Shown: piece by piece, positions 1 to 9,396 of the stretch
How the letters are laid out: the number at the start of each line of letters is the position of its first letter
Numbering within the stretch: position 1 is the stretch's first letter
Assembly: GCA_018992685.1 (NCBI GenBank)
Contig: JACVGT010000014.1
Location: 29,040 to 93,039 of the forward strand
Source: Theionarchaea archaeon
GTDB taxonomy: Archaea; Methanobacteriota_B; Thermococci; Methanofastidiosales; SZ-28-30
Direction of reading: 5' to 3'
Length of the DNA: 64,000 bases
Made by a program: the position numbers and the translations under genes
The notes under the pieces: model-generated
What the model was told of the DNA's origin: nothing
Database searches by the model: none
What the model saw: only the letters and a program-made list of their open reading frames with translations

Positions 1-558
1 ACGGAGGTGAATTCCATTGCGTGGGAATGCAGTCACGGTAGCATGCATCTAGATGCAGATTCTGTCATTGTAGAATTCATAAAAGAGGGTGAACAGGTGG
101 CCCCTGGTGAGCTAGGAGAAGTGGTGGTAACAAACTTGTGGAATGTGGCCATGCCCTTCATCAGATACCGGCTGGGCGACGTTGCTGTACCTTTGGACGA
201 ACTCTGTTCGTGCGGCCGAGGTCTGCCTATCATTAAAGAACTTGAAGGAAGACTTGATGATGTCATTGTATTGCCTTCCAAGGAACTGGTACCTAGTACC
301 AGGATATGTCCACTGTTTCATAGGATACCTCAAGTGGCAGAATTCGGCATAGTCCAGGATAGCATCTCTCATGTTGCCATACGGATTGTCCCCCATGGTG
401 AGTTCACGGAACATGCGGAGAGCACCCTGCGGACCAGAATACAGAATGTTCTCGGCAGCTCCGTGGACATCGATATCACAGTTGTGGATCAGCTGGAACG
501 TACCACAAGCAGCAAATTCAAAAGAATTCGACGCACCTTTGATGTGCAGGTCTTGTGA
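1..558 (+). CDS. Adenylate-forming enzyme of the phenylacetate-CoA ligase / coenzyme F390 synthetase (PaaK) family; C-terminal part, 5' end cut by the window edge
   Basis: Open frame runs to position 1 without a stop. C-terminal domain motifs (VVVTNLWNVAMPFIRYRLGDV ... KFKRIRR) resemble the PaaK/F390-synthetase C-terminal subdomain. Confidence 0.5.
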   Translation, partial: TEVNSIAWECSHGSMHLDADSVIVEFIKEGEQVAPGELGEVVVTNLWNVAMPFIRYRLGDVAVPLDELCSCGRGLPIIKELEGRLDDVIVLPSKELVPSTRICPLFHRIPQVAEFGIVQDSISHVAIRIVPHGEFTEHAESTLRTRIQNVLGSSVDIDITVVDQLERTTSSKFKRIRRTFDVQVL

Positions 559-683
559 GGGTCTCCCCTTTGACGATGGAGACATCGCAGAAGTACAGTC
601 ATTGTAGGGCTTTGCGGGTTAGAGGAAGAAATATGGGAGCCAGCGGGTGTGTCAGTATCAAGTAAGACCTGAAAGAACCAAAG

Positions 684-693
684 TTTTTAAAAG
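684..693 (+). promoter_or_regulatory. TATA-like box (tttttaaaag) about 27 bp upstream of the GTG start at 715; implies a leaderless transcript
   Basis: AT-rich 10-mer preceded by a purine-rich BRE-like stretch, at archaeal promoter spacing. Confidence 0.35.
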
Positions 694-714
694 ACACCAA
701 TACCAGGTGGCAAG

Positions 715-3225
715 GTGACATTCCTGAAGAGAGCACATGCAATCCCCTTGCGCACAGGTACAGCAGTGGTAGCAGCTGCACTAGTTGCAGCAATAGTTGT
801 AGGATTGAATGAACCTCTCATTGCTGGACTCTCCTGGCTGAGAATGCAGGTCTATGAGAACTCTTTGGGGTTTCTGGGAATCCTGGTGCTCGTAGTGGTA
901 ATCGGCGTGATCCTTTCTCTCAAATCACGGAAAGTCTTGCCCATTGTACTGTCTGCGTTCATCACATTCTGTGTGGTGTTCAATGCCTTTGCCAGCTACC
1001 AGGAAGTTCTCAAGTTCGGGATTAACCAAGATGTCTTTACCGGGCTGGTCAGCATTCTGCTCCATTCTGCTGCCTTTCCTCTCCTCATACTACAGGTAGA
1101 CATTACTCTGTCTGCACTTCTGGGATTGGCGGCTATTGGAATCATGGTGATAAAGGGGTTCATCATAACTAGGAAGTGGATAGAAACCTCTCTTCTGCAA
1201 CAAGGTATCCTCAGCTTTGCCTTCGGCTTCGGGGTGACAGCTTTTTCGACGTTTCTCCTGGCAGCTCTCCAGTTGTTAACAGTACGGAATGTCTTGTTAT
1301 GTGACGCAGCCTTCTTTTGCGCGGTTGCTCTGATTCCATCCCGGAGGTTCAGGCTTCCAGACATAGAACCACCTCTATTAGACCATGAAAAGAAGTGGTG
1401 GAGGATCATTGGAATCGTCCTGGTGGCTGGGCTGCTATATGCTGTATTGTTTCCCCCATTGGAATGGGATTCTCTTGCCTATCAGGCCTATTACTCACGG
1501 TTGGTGTATCAACACGGGGGCCTTCCGGTAATCTTTGGTCCCTCAATTGGGATCGAAATGAGTGCCGCATATCCGCCTGCATACCAGATGCTGGGATGTT
1601 ACACCTACATCTTTTCAGGAGAACCCAGCGCCCAGCTCTTGAGTGTTCTCGGCTACACAGCAGGAATCCTGAGCCTGCTGGTAACATTCTTGTTCTCCAG
1701 CCTGGTTCTTCCTTCACACAGGATCTATGCGGTTCTTGCTGCTGTGGCAGTGCCCTTCTTTCTTGGATTCTCTGCCTCCCCTCACTATATGACTCTGCTA
1801 ATTTTCTTCAATGGGCTCTTTTTGTTTTATGTAACGAGTTATGTCCTGACCAGGAATGTGACTTCTTTATATCTGAGCGTCATTTTTCTGGGAGCAGCCT
1901 GTCTCACCAGCTATCTGGCCCTGGCCTCAGTTTTGATTCTGGTCATTGCATACATAAGGCGAAAATTCCCTCTGAAAGCTTTCTTTTTGCCTGCTGTAAT
2001 CGGCTCACCCCCCTTGCTGAGAAATTTCTACTATACTGGAAATCCTCTGTTCCCCCTTTTCGGACTGGGGCGCCAGCTGCAGAATCCGTTGTGGGAATCC
2101 AATACGAGTCATTTTCAGACCCAGACGATTTATGCGGGATTAGATGTGTTGTCACCCTTTTCTATTCTGGATTTTCTCATGAACAGAATTAGTTCAGTCC
2201 GCCCTCTACTCCCCCTAGTCATCGTGGTTGGTGTGATATTCCTCGTTCTTGTCAGGCCCAAGACAGAGGAAAAGAAATGGCTTGTAGTGTGGTTTCTGGC
2301 CTGCATTGTAATCTTTCTGGTGAGACCCACCTTTGATCGGTACTTGCTGGTGTACATCCCCGTGTATGCGACGTTCTTTGCCTGGCTCATCTACAAGTGT
2401 GAAGTCCTTTCTTTCAGAACACTGAAGTACTCTCTCCAGTTTGCGCTGGCAGTCTCGTTATGTATTGTCGCCCTGGGAATAGCTATTACAGGTCCTTTGA
2501 TGGTAGCGTCTCATGTAAAGCAATTCCCTGATCAACCCCTTGATGATTGGGCATACGTACGACAGTTCTACCCCCATGATACGCCCTGCTGGCGTTACCT
2601 CAACGAGAACACTCCCCCAGGGATGTATGTGGCAACCTATGATATTAGATACTACTACATTGATCAGGAAATATTTCCCCTGGATGGGCTGAAATCTCTT
2701 CCCTTGTATGATATGGACTACCAGGAGGCTCTTACCTTTCTGGAAGAACATGGCGTGGCATACTGGTTCAGCTCGCGGTGGACATCTCCAGCAGATGAGA
2801 CATGTCCCCACGCGTACTACGATAATCCATTGACTCCCTATCTCGGGAGCGATGTGCTTCCTTTGGTATTCGTCTCTGGTCAGTCAGCAGTGTATAATGT
2901 AGGAAAGAAACGAATTGACTACCAGGAACTCTTGACCACGGAGAATGTGTTGTACCCTGTATTTGGATATGAATATAGATTTAGTCAGGGAAATATGGTA
3001 TACTTTGACATTCCTGGAGATTTTCAGGGAAAAGTGATAGTCCTTCGCTTCTCCACAGGTGTAAGGGCATCATTGCATGGAGGTCACGCAGCCTCCCCCT
3101 TGCTCCTCGGAGATACACTTTACAGGACAGAAGGCGAATCCATGGTCTTCATCGCATATTCTGGGAAATATACTCTGTACCTCGAATCTGAGGGACCCTT
3201 CACTGTGCTGGTTTCTATCACCTAG
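715..3225 (+). CDS. Large polytopic membrane protein with a C-terminal soluble domain; putative GT-C-fold glycosyltransferase (ArnT/PMT/DUF2079-like)
   Basis: 836 aa with roughly 14 hydrophobic helices in the first ~520 aa followed by a ~300-aa hydrophilic domain. Sits next to polysaccharide deacetylase and hexapeptide acetyltransferase genes. Family assignment is by topology only. Confidence 0.4.
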   Translation: MTFLKRAHAIPLRTGTAVVAAALVAAIVVGLNEPLIAGLSWLRMQVYENSLGFLGILVLVVVIGVILSLKSRKVLPIVLSAFITFCVVFNAFASYQEVLKFGINQDVFTGLVSILLHSAAFPLLILQVDITLSALLGLAAIGIMVIKGFIITRKWIETSLLQQGILSFAFGFGVTAFSTFLLAALQLLTVRNVLLCDAAFFCAVALIPSRRFRLPDIEPPLLDHEKKWWRIIGIVLVAGLLYAVLFPPLEWDSLAYQAYYSRLVYQHGGLPVIFGPSIGIEMSAAYPPAYQMLGCYTYIFSGEPSAQLLSVLGYTAGILSLLVTFLFSSLVLPSHRIYAVLAAVAVPFFLGFSASPHYMTLLIFFNGLFLFYVTSYVLTRNVTSLYLSVIFLGAACLTSYLALASVLILVIAYIRRKFPLKAFFLPAVIGSPPLLRNFYYTGNPLFPLFGLGRQLQNPLWESNTSHFQTQTIYAGLDVLSPFSILDFLMNRISSVRPLLPLVIVVGVIFLVLVRPKTEEKKWLVVWFLACIVIFLVRPTFDRYLLVYIPVYATFFAWLIYKCEVLSFRTLKYSLQFALAVSLCIVALGIAITGPLMVASHVKQFPDQPLDDWAYVRQFYPHDTPCWRYLNENTPPGMYVATYDIRYYYIDQEIFPLDGLKSLPLYDMDYQEALTFLEEHGVAYWFSSRWTSPADETCPHAYYDNPLTPYLGSDVLPLVFVSGQSAVYNVGKKRIDYQELLTTENVLYPVFGYEYRFSQGNMVYFDIPGDFQGKVIVLRFSTGVRASLHGGHAASPLLLGDTLYRTEGESMVFIAYSGKYTLYLESEGPFTVLVSIT

Positions 3226-3322
3226 CTTCAGGAATCGGTCCTGGTATGGAGCTTTCAAGATTCTCTGTGGCATTCATGAAAAGACTTATATAAGGGACTG
3301 CCTGTTTCAAATCTGTGATTCC

Positions 3323-4729
3323 ATGGATGAAGATTGTGCAGAGTTTGCCGTGGATGCAGCCTCCACTCTAGGAGCCTCATTTGCTGATGCCAGGTTTGAA
3401 CGCCAGGAAAGAACTGATATTGTGCTCAAGAACGGTGGGCTCGATGCTGTATCTACTATCGTCAGCGAAGGCATTGGGATCAGGGTTATCACTTCGAGGG
3501 GAATTGGATTCTCCTCAACCAATGACCTGAGCAAAGTGAGTGTACGCAGGACGGTGAAGGAGGCATTCAGGCAGGCGGAATCCTGCAGGAGAAAGACTCC
3601 TCCTCGGCTTTCAGATGAGAAGAGAGCCACTGCAACATGGGAAGTCCCTCAGAAAGAGAACCTCTCTGACATCGATGTCCAGGAAAAGGTAGCCCGCCTC
3701 ATAGAGGAGGATGAAACGATCTCTTCATCAGGAGATATCCCTGCCAGGATGCTTATTTTTGCTGATAGACAGCTTGAGAAGGTTACTGTAACTTCTGAAG
3801 GGACAAGGATTACCGGGATTCTGCCTGTGCTGCTCTGTTCATACTTTCTCACAGTGAAATGCGGCAACCAAGTGGAGCAGAGTGTGAGACGGTTTGGCTA
3901 TACAGGGGGATGGGAAGGGTTTAGCCAGTTTGACATAGCAGAAGATGGGCTACACGAAGTGGAGATTCTGCAGAGGCTCATGAAGGAAGGGAAGAAATCT
4001 CCCCGTGGTACCATGGACCTGGTTGTTGGACCTGACGTCATCGGTATTATCTGTCATGAGAGCTGCGGCCATCCCATGGAGGCAGATCGGATCCTGGGTA
4101 GGGAAGCTTCTCAGGCAGGAGCATCTTTCATGAACCAGCAGCTTCTGGGAACCCGTGTTGGCTCAGATGAGGTAACAGTTGCAGAAGATCCCACCATTGA
4201 ACACAGCTTCGGCTACTATGCGTATGACGATGAAGGTGTAAAATCCAGGAGACGTTTCCTCTACAAGGATGGGATAATCAACCAGTTCTTGCACAACAGG
4301 GAATCTGCAGCACGAATGGGGACTACCAGCAATGGAGCAGCCAGGAGTTCAGGGTACAACAGAGAGGCAATCGTGAGAATGGCCAATACATATCTGCTTC
4401 CTGGAGAGTACAGTCAGGAAGAACTGATTGAGGGCATCAACCATGGAATATACATGAAATCGTATACTGAGTGGAATATAGATGACAAACGGTATAATCA
4501 GAGATACATAGGAAGAGAGGCATACTGTATTGAACATGGTGAGATAACACATATGGTGAAAAGGCCAACCCTGGAGATCACCACTCCCGGATTTTGGAAG
4601 GCTGTGGATGCTCGAGGGAATGACCTCGTGTTCAGGGCGGGGAATTGTGGAAAAGGAGATCCTATCCAGGAGATGGATGTGCTGTACGGTGGACCCACTA
4701 CCAGGCTGCGAGGAGTTTTCATGAGGTGA
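3323..4729 (+). CDS. tldD: TldD-family metallopeptidase (peptidase U62)
   Basis: HESCGHPME (HExxxH) motif and the glycine-rich C-terminal region typical of TldD. ATG at 3323 gives 468 aa; the longer frame from 3077 overlaps the upstream gene and is rejected. Followed 1 nt later by its PmbA partner. Confidence 0.85.
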   Translation: MDEDCAEFAVDAASTLGASFADARFERQERTDIVLKNGGLDAVSTIVSEGIGIRVITSRGIGFSSTNDLSKVSVRRTVKEAFRQAESCRRKTPPRLSDEKRATATWEVPQKENLSDIDVQEKVARLIEEDETISSSGDIPARMLIFADRQLEKVTVTSEGTRITGILPVLLCSYFLTVKCGNQVEQSVRRFGYTGGWEGFSQFDIAEDGLHEVEILQRLMKEGKKSPRGTMDLVVGPDVIGIICHESCGHPMEADRILGREASQAGASFMNQQLLGTRVGSDEVTVAEDPTIEHSFGYYAYDDEGVKSRRRFLYKDGIINQFLHNRESAARMGTTSNGAARSSGYNREAIVRMANTYLLPGEYSQEELIEGINHGIYMKSYTEWNIDDKRYNQRYIGREAYCIEHGEITHMVKRPTLEITTPGFWKAVDARGNDLVFRAGNCGKGDPIQEMDVLYGGPTTRLRGVFMR

Positions 4730-4730
4730 T

Positions 4731-6056
4731 GTGATGACGGACCATACGAGATGTGCAGTGAAAAAAGCGCTTGAACACGGAGCAACAGATGTCATTGCCA
4801 AGGAAATTACGCGCCGTAACCAGCAGGTGCGATTCTCCAATAATGAGATCGACATAGCCAAGACGTGGTATGAGACCGTGCTGAAGATATTTCTTGTGCA
4901 TGAGAAAAGAGTTGTACTCACAGAAATCAGTAATTTTGACACTCTTGATGAGACGCTGAGCCGGGCACTAAGACTGGCCAGAATCAGTAGGGAAAATCCG
5001 GAATACAGGGGAATTGCTGAAGGTCCCTTTGAGTATCCAGAGACCAAGAGCGATTCCAGATTGAAGAAGATCACAGATCACACAGATTACATCATGGCTG
5101 CCATTAACAAAGCTATTGAGCAGGCTGAGACTACGTTTGGCACTCTGCAGATAATAAATGAGACTATGGCACTGTCAACCTCACGGAATGTGGAAGTTCA
5201 CGATGAGAAGGCGTCCATTGAGCTTTCTATCCGGGCATTCTCTCAGAAGGAGGCTTCTGGGCATAGCGTGACCTGTTCTTCTACACTCAAAGGATTCAAT
5301 CCTGAGAAAGCGGGGGAAGAAGCAGGTGAGTATGCCCGCCTTGCCAGAAATCCTGAACAGGGAAAAGAAGGTACATACGATGTTGTGTTCTCCCCTCTCT
5401 TTGTGGGATCTATTTTGAACTACTCCACTGACATGATTTCTGCATTCAGCGTCTTGGCAGGACGCTCCATGTACGGGGGGAAAATCGGGGAGAAGGTTGC
5501 CTCGGAGGCCGTCACTGTTGTGGATACGCCCGCAGGATTCAACAGAGTGATGGTTGATGATGAAGGAGTTCCAACCAGAGACACTATTCTGATTGACAAG
5601 GGAGAACTGAGAACCTATCTTCACAATACGTCAACAGCTAGAGCGATGAACACAGAAACCACAGCCAATGCCGGATTGGTAAAGCCAGAACCGCTGAATA
5701 TCTGGATGCATCCGGGAGGGTATAGCAGTGAGGCACTTTTCCAGAGTGTCGAGAATGGGTTGTATCTCACAAATACCTGGTACACTCGGTTCCAGAACAT
5801 GCAGACTGGAGACTTCTCCACCATACCGCGTGATGCTATCCTCGTTATTAAGAAAGGAGAAATCGCCGGGTCTATAAAGAATATTAGGGTTTCAGACAAT
5901 ATGCTGCAGCTTTATCTGAACATGGAAGCTGTGGGGAAGGAACAAAAGGTGGTTCACTGGTGGGCTGAAGTGCAATTCCCGTGTTTTGCGTCTCATGTAC
6001 TGGTCCGAAACGTCCACATTACTCGATCGACAGAATCAACGAGTCCATCACAGTAG
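4731..6056 (+). CDS. pmbA: PmbA/TldE-family peptidase partner subunit
   Basis: 441 aa with PmbA-like N-terminus and the conserved C-terminal GxxGxxxR / NTWY region. GTG 4731 or ATG 4734 start immediately after the tldD stop. Confidence 0.8.
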   Translation: MMTDHTRCAVKKALEHGATDVIAKEITRRNQQVRFSNNEIDIAKTWYETVLKIFLVHEKRVVLTEISNFDTLDETLSRALRLARISRENPEYRGIAEGPFEYPETKSDSRLKKITDHTDYIMAAINKAIEQAETTFGTLQIINETMALSTSRNVEVHDEKASIELSIRAFSQKEASGHSVTCSSTLKGFNPEKAGEEAGEYARLARNPEQGKEGTYDVVFSPLFVGSILNYSTDMISAFSVLAGRSMYGGKIGEKVASEAVTVVDTPAGFNRVMVDDEGVPTRDTILIDKGELRTYLHNTSTARAMNTETTANAGLVKPEPLNIWMHPGGYSSEALFQSVENGLYLTNTWYTRFQNMQTGDFSTIPRDAILVIKKGEIAGSIKNIRVSDNMLQLYLNMEAVGKEQKVVHWWAEVQFPCFASHVLVRNVHITRSTESTSPSQ

Positions 6057-6069
6057 CTGAATGTTGACC

Positions 6070-6624
6070 TCACGTCGAGTTGTCCAAGTCATCGTCAAGA
6101 ACCAGAACTCTGTCTCTTGTTGCTCCAGGAGGAATTTCAAACTGAGGTGTCAGGGTTCTGATAACCTTTGCAGGGACTCCGGCAGCCAGTACATGGTCGG
6201 GAATGTCTCCCGTCACTACCGCTCCCGCTCCTATTACTGCGTATTCTCCCACAGTTACTCCGGGGAGGAGTGTGGCTCCTGTTCCAATCCAGCTGCCCTT
6301 TTTTATCAGCACTGGGTTCACAACTCTGGGGCCCAGATACTCGTACAGGGGCAACGTAGGGTTACTGTGGGCAAAAATAGTTGCTCTCGGGCTTATCGTT
6401 ACATCATCTTCGAGAATGACACTGTGAGGTTCCACTGGATCTATCAAAACATCATGGGCGATCTTGACCCTGTTCCCTACAACTACTCCTCGTAGACGAT
6501 GAAGGAAAGCATTGACTCCGACAAAGGGAGAAATCATGGCCAGCCTCAGCAGAAAATAAGTGTACAGCATGTGCTTGTGCTTCCAGGCGTATCGGGCCAG
6601 CCGTTTCCTATCTGTAGAGTTCAT
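6070..6624 (-). CDS. Hexapeptide-repeat (left-handed beta-helix) sugar O-acetyltransferase
   Basis: Tandem hexapeptide repeats (VVVGNRVKIAHDVLI ... IGTGATLLPGVTVGEYAVIGAGAVVTGDIP). Start chosen at ATG 6624; alternative 6654. Confidence 0.7.
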   Translation of the reverse strand: MNSTDRKRLARYAWKHKHMLYTYFLLRLAMISPFVGVNAFLHRLRGVVVGNRVKIAHDVLIDPVEPHSVILEDDVTISPRATIFAHSNPTLPLYEYLGPRVVNPVLIKKGSWIGTGATLLPGVTVGEYAVIGAGAVVTGDIPDHVLAAGVPAKVIRTLTPQFEIPPGATRDRVLVLDDDLDNST

Positions 6625-7363
6625 AGACCTGCTCCATAGTAATAAAATCAACATTCAGCTCTCTAAGAAATTTAAGATATCTTTTCACCTTTTTTATGAA
6701 CGCAGCCCCTGCATTCTTGGTGACGTAAAAAGGAACTGGGACCTCTGGAGGGACAAATGAAAACTCCCAAGGATGGAAGTTCACTACCAGATACCCATCG
6801 CGCTTCAGAGTGTACAGGGCCATTATCTTGGCCAGTGACAAGGGGCACATCCGCAAGACCATGCTGGTTAGGGGTACAATACCCACAGTTGATATTGGTA
6901 TCTCCATTAATGATTCCGAAAGCATATACACATTGAGGAATCTGTCCATTCTTGATGCGCTCCTTACGGGTATCTGGGAGCTGTCGTACACAAAATAGGG
7001 CTCCAAGTACTTGACCATCAACCTGCTGAACCCATAATATGGAGCTCGAAATCCTCTGGCCGAGAAGAGACGATTACAGTGGGATAGCTCTTCCTCCAAT
7101 GCGATAGGTGATAATGAACGCAAATCCAGGTGTGTATACCCATGAGATGCTATTTCATGGCCATTTTCACGCACGATGTCTAGAATGGTAGGAGTACTCT
7201 CCACATATCTACCCAGCATGAACAACGTCGAAGGTACGTCTTCTTCACAGAAAATATCAAGAAGGGCTCTCAGCCCATGATAATCATTCACCGAACAGGA
7301 TACCCCATACTTGGCAATGGCATCTGAAAACTTCTCAATATCTGCAGTCACACATACGTGCAT
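6608..7363 (-). CDS. Polysaccharide deacetylase (NodB homology domain, CE4)
   Basis: Motifs TADIE, FMLGRYVE, HGYTHLDL characteristic of the NodB/CE4 domain. Overlaps the downstream acetyltransferase by 17 nt, so the two are co-transcribed. Confidence 0.75.
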   Translation of the reverse strand: MHVCVTADIEKFSDAIAKYGVSCSVNDYHGLRALLDIFCEEDVPSTLFMLGRYVESTPTILDIVRENGHEIASHGYTHLDLRSLSPIALEEELSHCNRLFSARGFRAPYYGFSRLMVKYLEPYFVYDSSQIPVRSASRMDRFLNVYMLSESLMEIPISTVGIVPLTSMVLRMCPLSLAKIMALYTLKRDGYLVVNFHPWEFSFVPPEVPVPFYVTKNAGAAFIKKVKRYLKFLRELNVDFITMEQVYELYR

Positions 7364-7633
7364 GTAGACACTATGATCCTCAATGTTTTAAGATTATCTT
7401 TGGAGAGAGATGCATCAGAACTGTCCATTTTTCCTTGATGAAATATAGCCAACCTGAGAGCATCTTGGTGTCTTCATGGAGACACGGTGAGATCCTGTAT
7501 TCTGCAACTCTGCAGAATCCCCAACCAACCTCACGTGGAGGAGTTGCATCTGGCAGAGACTCCACGGTTATACCCGTTCCCCACCCGTAGTGAGGCGATG
7601 AAACCTTTTTAAAACATACAGAGTAACCAGTAC

Positions 7634-8032
7634 ATGAGAAGAGATCTTTCGTGGGTGTTCTCCTTGAAGACAATTGCCGTCGTGGGAGCTTCTACAAATG
7701 TGAATAAACCTGCCCACAGTGTGCCTCAGTATCTGAAAGAGAAAGGGTACACCATCATCCCCGTTAATCCCAATGCAGACCAGATATTTGGTGAGAAGTG
7801 CTACAGTAACTTGAGAGACATTCCCGGCAGCATTGATATTGTCCAGATGTTTCGACCCTCTGAAGAAATAACGAATTTTATGGCAGATATTCTGGCAGTA
7901 TCCCCCACGGTCTTGTGGATGCAACTAGGAATAGAAAGTGAAGAAGCAAGGAAGGAGGCTGAGGCCCATGGAATCTTTGTGGTTATGAACAGGTGTATGA
8001 TGGTGGAGCACAGGATACTGGTTGGTGATTGA
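7634..8032 (+). CDS. CoA-binding domain protein (YccU-like)
   Basis: IAVVGAS...P...V...L...GY.IIPVNP signature of the CoA-binding (succinyl-CoA-synthetase-like) Rossmann domain. TATA-like ttttaaaa sits 24 bp upstream. Confidence 0.65.
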   Translation: MRRDLSWVFSLKTIAVVGASTNVNKPAHSVPQYLKEKGYTIIPVNPNADQIFGEKCYSNLRDIPGSIDIVQMFRPSEEITNFMADILAVSPTVLWMQLGIESEEARKEAEAHGIFVVMNRCMMVEHRILVGD

Positions 8033-8932
8033 ATGTATGACGTGGTCATCGTAGGAGGAGGTCCTGCAGGGCTGACGGCGGGAATTTATGCTGCCAGGGC
8101 TCGCCTGGAAACAGCCATTCTGGAGCGGTTGATGCCGGGGGGGCAGGCTGCAGTAACAGATTATATTGAAAACTATCCTGGGTACCCTGAAGGCGTAGCA
8201 GGGCACGAACTGGTGGCAAGAATGCAGGAACAGGCAGAGAAATTTGGATGTCAGATACGGTCAGACGAGGTTGAAGCAGTAGACCTAGGAAAGAGAACAG
8301 TGATCACAGGGTCTGAGAGCTATCTGTGGAAAGCATTGATAATCGCAACAGGAGCAGATCCCAGGACACTAGATGTTCCCGGATGCGCAGCCCTCAAGGG
8401 GAGAGGAATAAGTTTCTGCGCCACCTGTGATGGAGCTCTCTTTTCTGGAAGGCACGTTGCGGTGGTGGGAGGGGGAGATTCCGCTGTGAAAGAGGCCATG
8501 TACCTGACCAAGTTTGCCTCCGAGGTTTTTGTCATCCACAGGAGAGACAAGTTGCGGGCAGAAGGAATTATCCAGGAAAAAGCTTTCAACAATGAAAAAA
8601 TTACCTTTGTATGGGATTCAATAGTCACAGAGATCAAGGGGAACCAGCAGGTAGAGGGAGTTCACATTAAGAATGTGAAAACGGGTGAAGGAAAAGACCT
8701 GGCCGTGAGTGGAGTTTTTGTGTATATTGGCAGGATACCCAATACAGCTATGGTTAATGTTGAAAAAGACAAAGCAGGATACATTATTACAGATTCTGAC
8801 ATGCGCACATCAGTCGAGGGAGTATTTGCGGCAGGTGACTGCAGATCAAAAGAGCATCGTCAGGTGGCGACAGCAGTAGGAGATGGAGCTGCAGCAGCCA
8901 TGTCGGCAGAAGAGTATATTGCCGGCTTTTGA
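8033..8932 (+). CDS. trxB: Thioredoxin reductase
   Basis: N-terminal FAD motif VVIVGGGPAGLTAGIYAAR, redox-active CATC (written CATCDGALF), second dinucleotide motif VAVVGGGDSAV, C-terminal GDC. Start codon abuts the stop of the CoA-binding gene. Confidence 0.85.
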   Translation: MYDVVIVGGGPAGLTAGIYAARARLETAILERLMPGGQAAVTDYIENYPGYPEGVAGHELVARMQEQAEKFGCQIRSDEVEAVDLGKRTVITGSESYLWKALIIATGADPRTLDVPGCAALKGRGISFCATCDGALFSGRHVAVVGGGDSAVKEAMYLTKFASEVFVIHRRDKLRAEGIIQEKAFNNEKITFVWDSIVTEIKGNQQVEGVHIKNVKTGEGKDLAVSGVFVYIGRIPNTAMVNVEKDKAGYIITDSDMRTSVEGVFAAGDCRSKEHRQVATAVGDGAAAAMSAEEYIAGF

Positions 8933-9153
8933 GGATTCTGGTCAGATCTCCTGATTGGCTTGGCCTGCATCAACATACTTTCCCAGGTACGTTCATGGCA
9001 AAAGAAAGGAGGAAGCCCCGAAGGCAATGACAAACGATGCAGGAAGAGAGAACTGTAAGGGATGCGGATGGTCAATATGTGGTTGTGACCGGACTCTTGT
9101 CTGTGAGAATTCGAGAAGATTTCGGAATTGCTGCTTTGACATGATTTCAGTGA

Positions 9154-9390
9154 CTATCCTCCAACTACTGGGGGGAAAACGGCCACTTCGTCACGTTCTG
9201 AGAGAAGTTCCGTGCTTGACACCGTCTTTCGATTAACGGTCACCAAGAATCCTGTATCCAGGCCGTAGGTATCCCTTAGAACCTGCATCAGATCATCGAC
9301 AGTTTCAACATCTTTTTCCACGTACTCCTCTCTCTTTCCTATCTTCTGTCTGAGTACTCCAAAGTACTTGACATGAACACGCATGATCAA
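9154..9390 (-). CDS. MoaD/ThiS-family ubiquitin-like small protein (SAMP-like), C-terminal GG
   Basis: 78 aa, beta-grasp-like sequence ending ...PPVVGG, the diglycine end of MoaD/ThiS/SAMP carriers. Confidence 0.65.
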   Translation of the reverse strand: MIMRVHVKYFGVLRQKIGKREEYVEKDVETVDDLMQVLRDTYGLDTGFLVTVNRKTVSSTELLSERDEVAVFPPVVGG

Positions 9391-9396
9391 ACCCTC

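Noticed and set aside
3077-3322. Longer 550-aa version of TldD starting at 3077
   Set aside because: The first 82 codons overlap the 3' end of the upstream membrane-protein gene and are low-complexity. The conserved TldD N-terminus begins at MDEDCAEF (3323).
7380-7924. ORFs 7380-7673 and 7568-7924 on the minus strand
   Set aside because: Overlap the well-supported CoA-binding protein gene and its promoter. No motif support.
8955-9236. 93-aa plus-strand ORF in the trxB/MoaD convergent spacer
   Set aside because: Overlaps the 3' end of the MoaD-like gene on the other strand, lacks promoter or RBS context, and has a Cys/Arg-rich composition.
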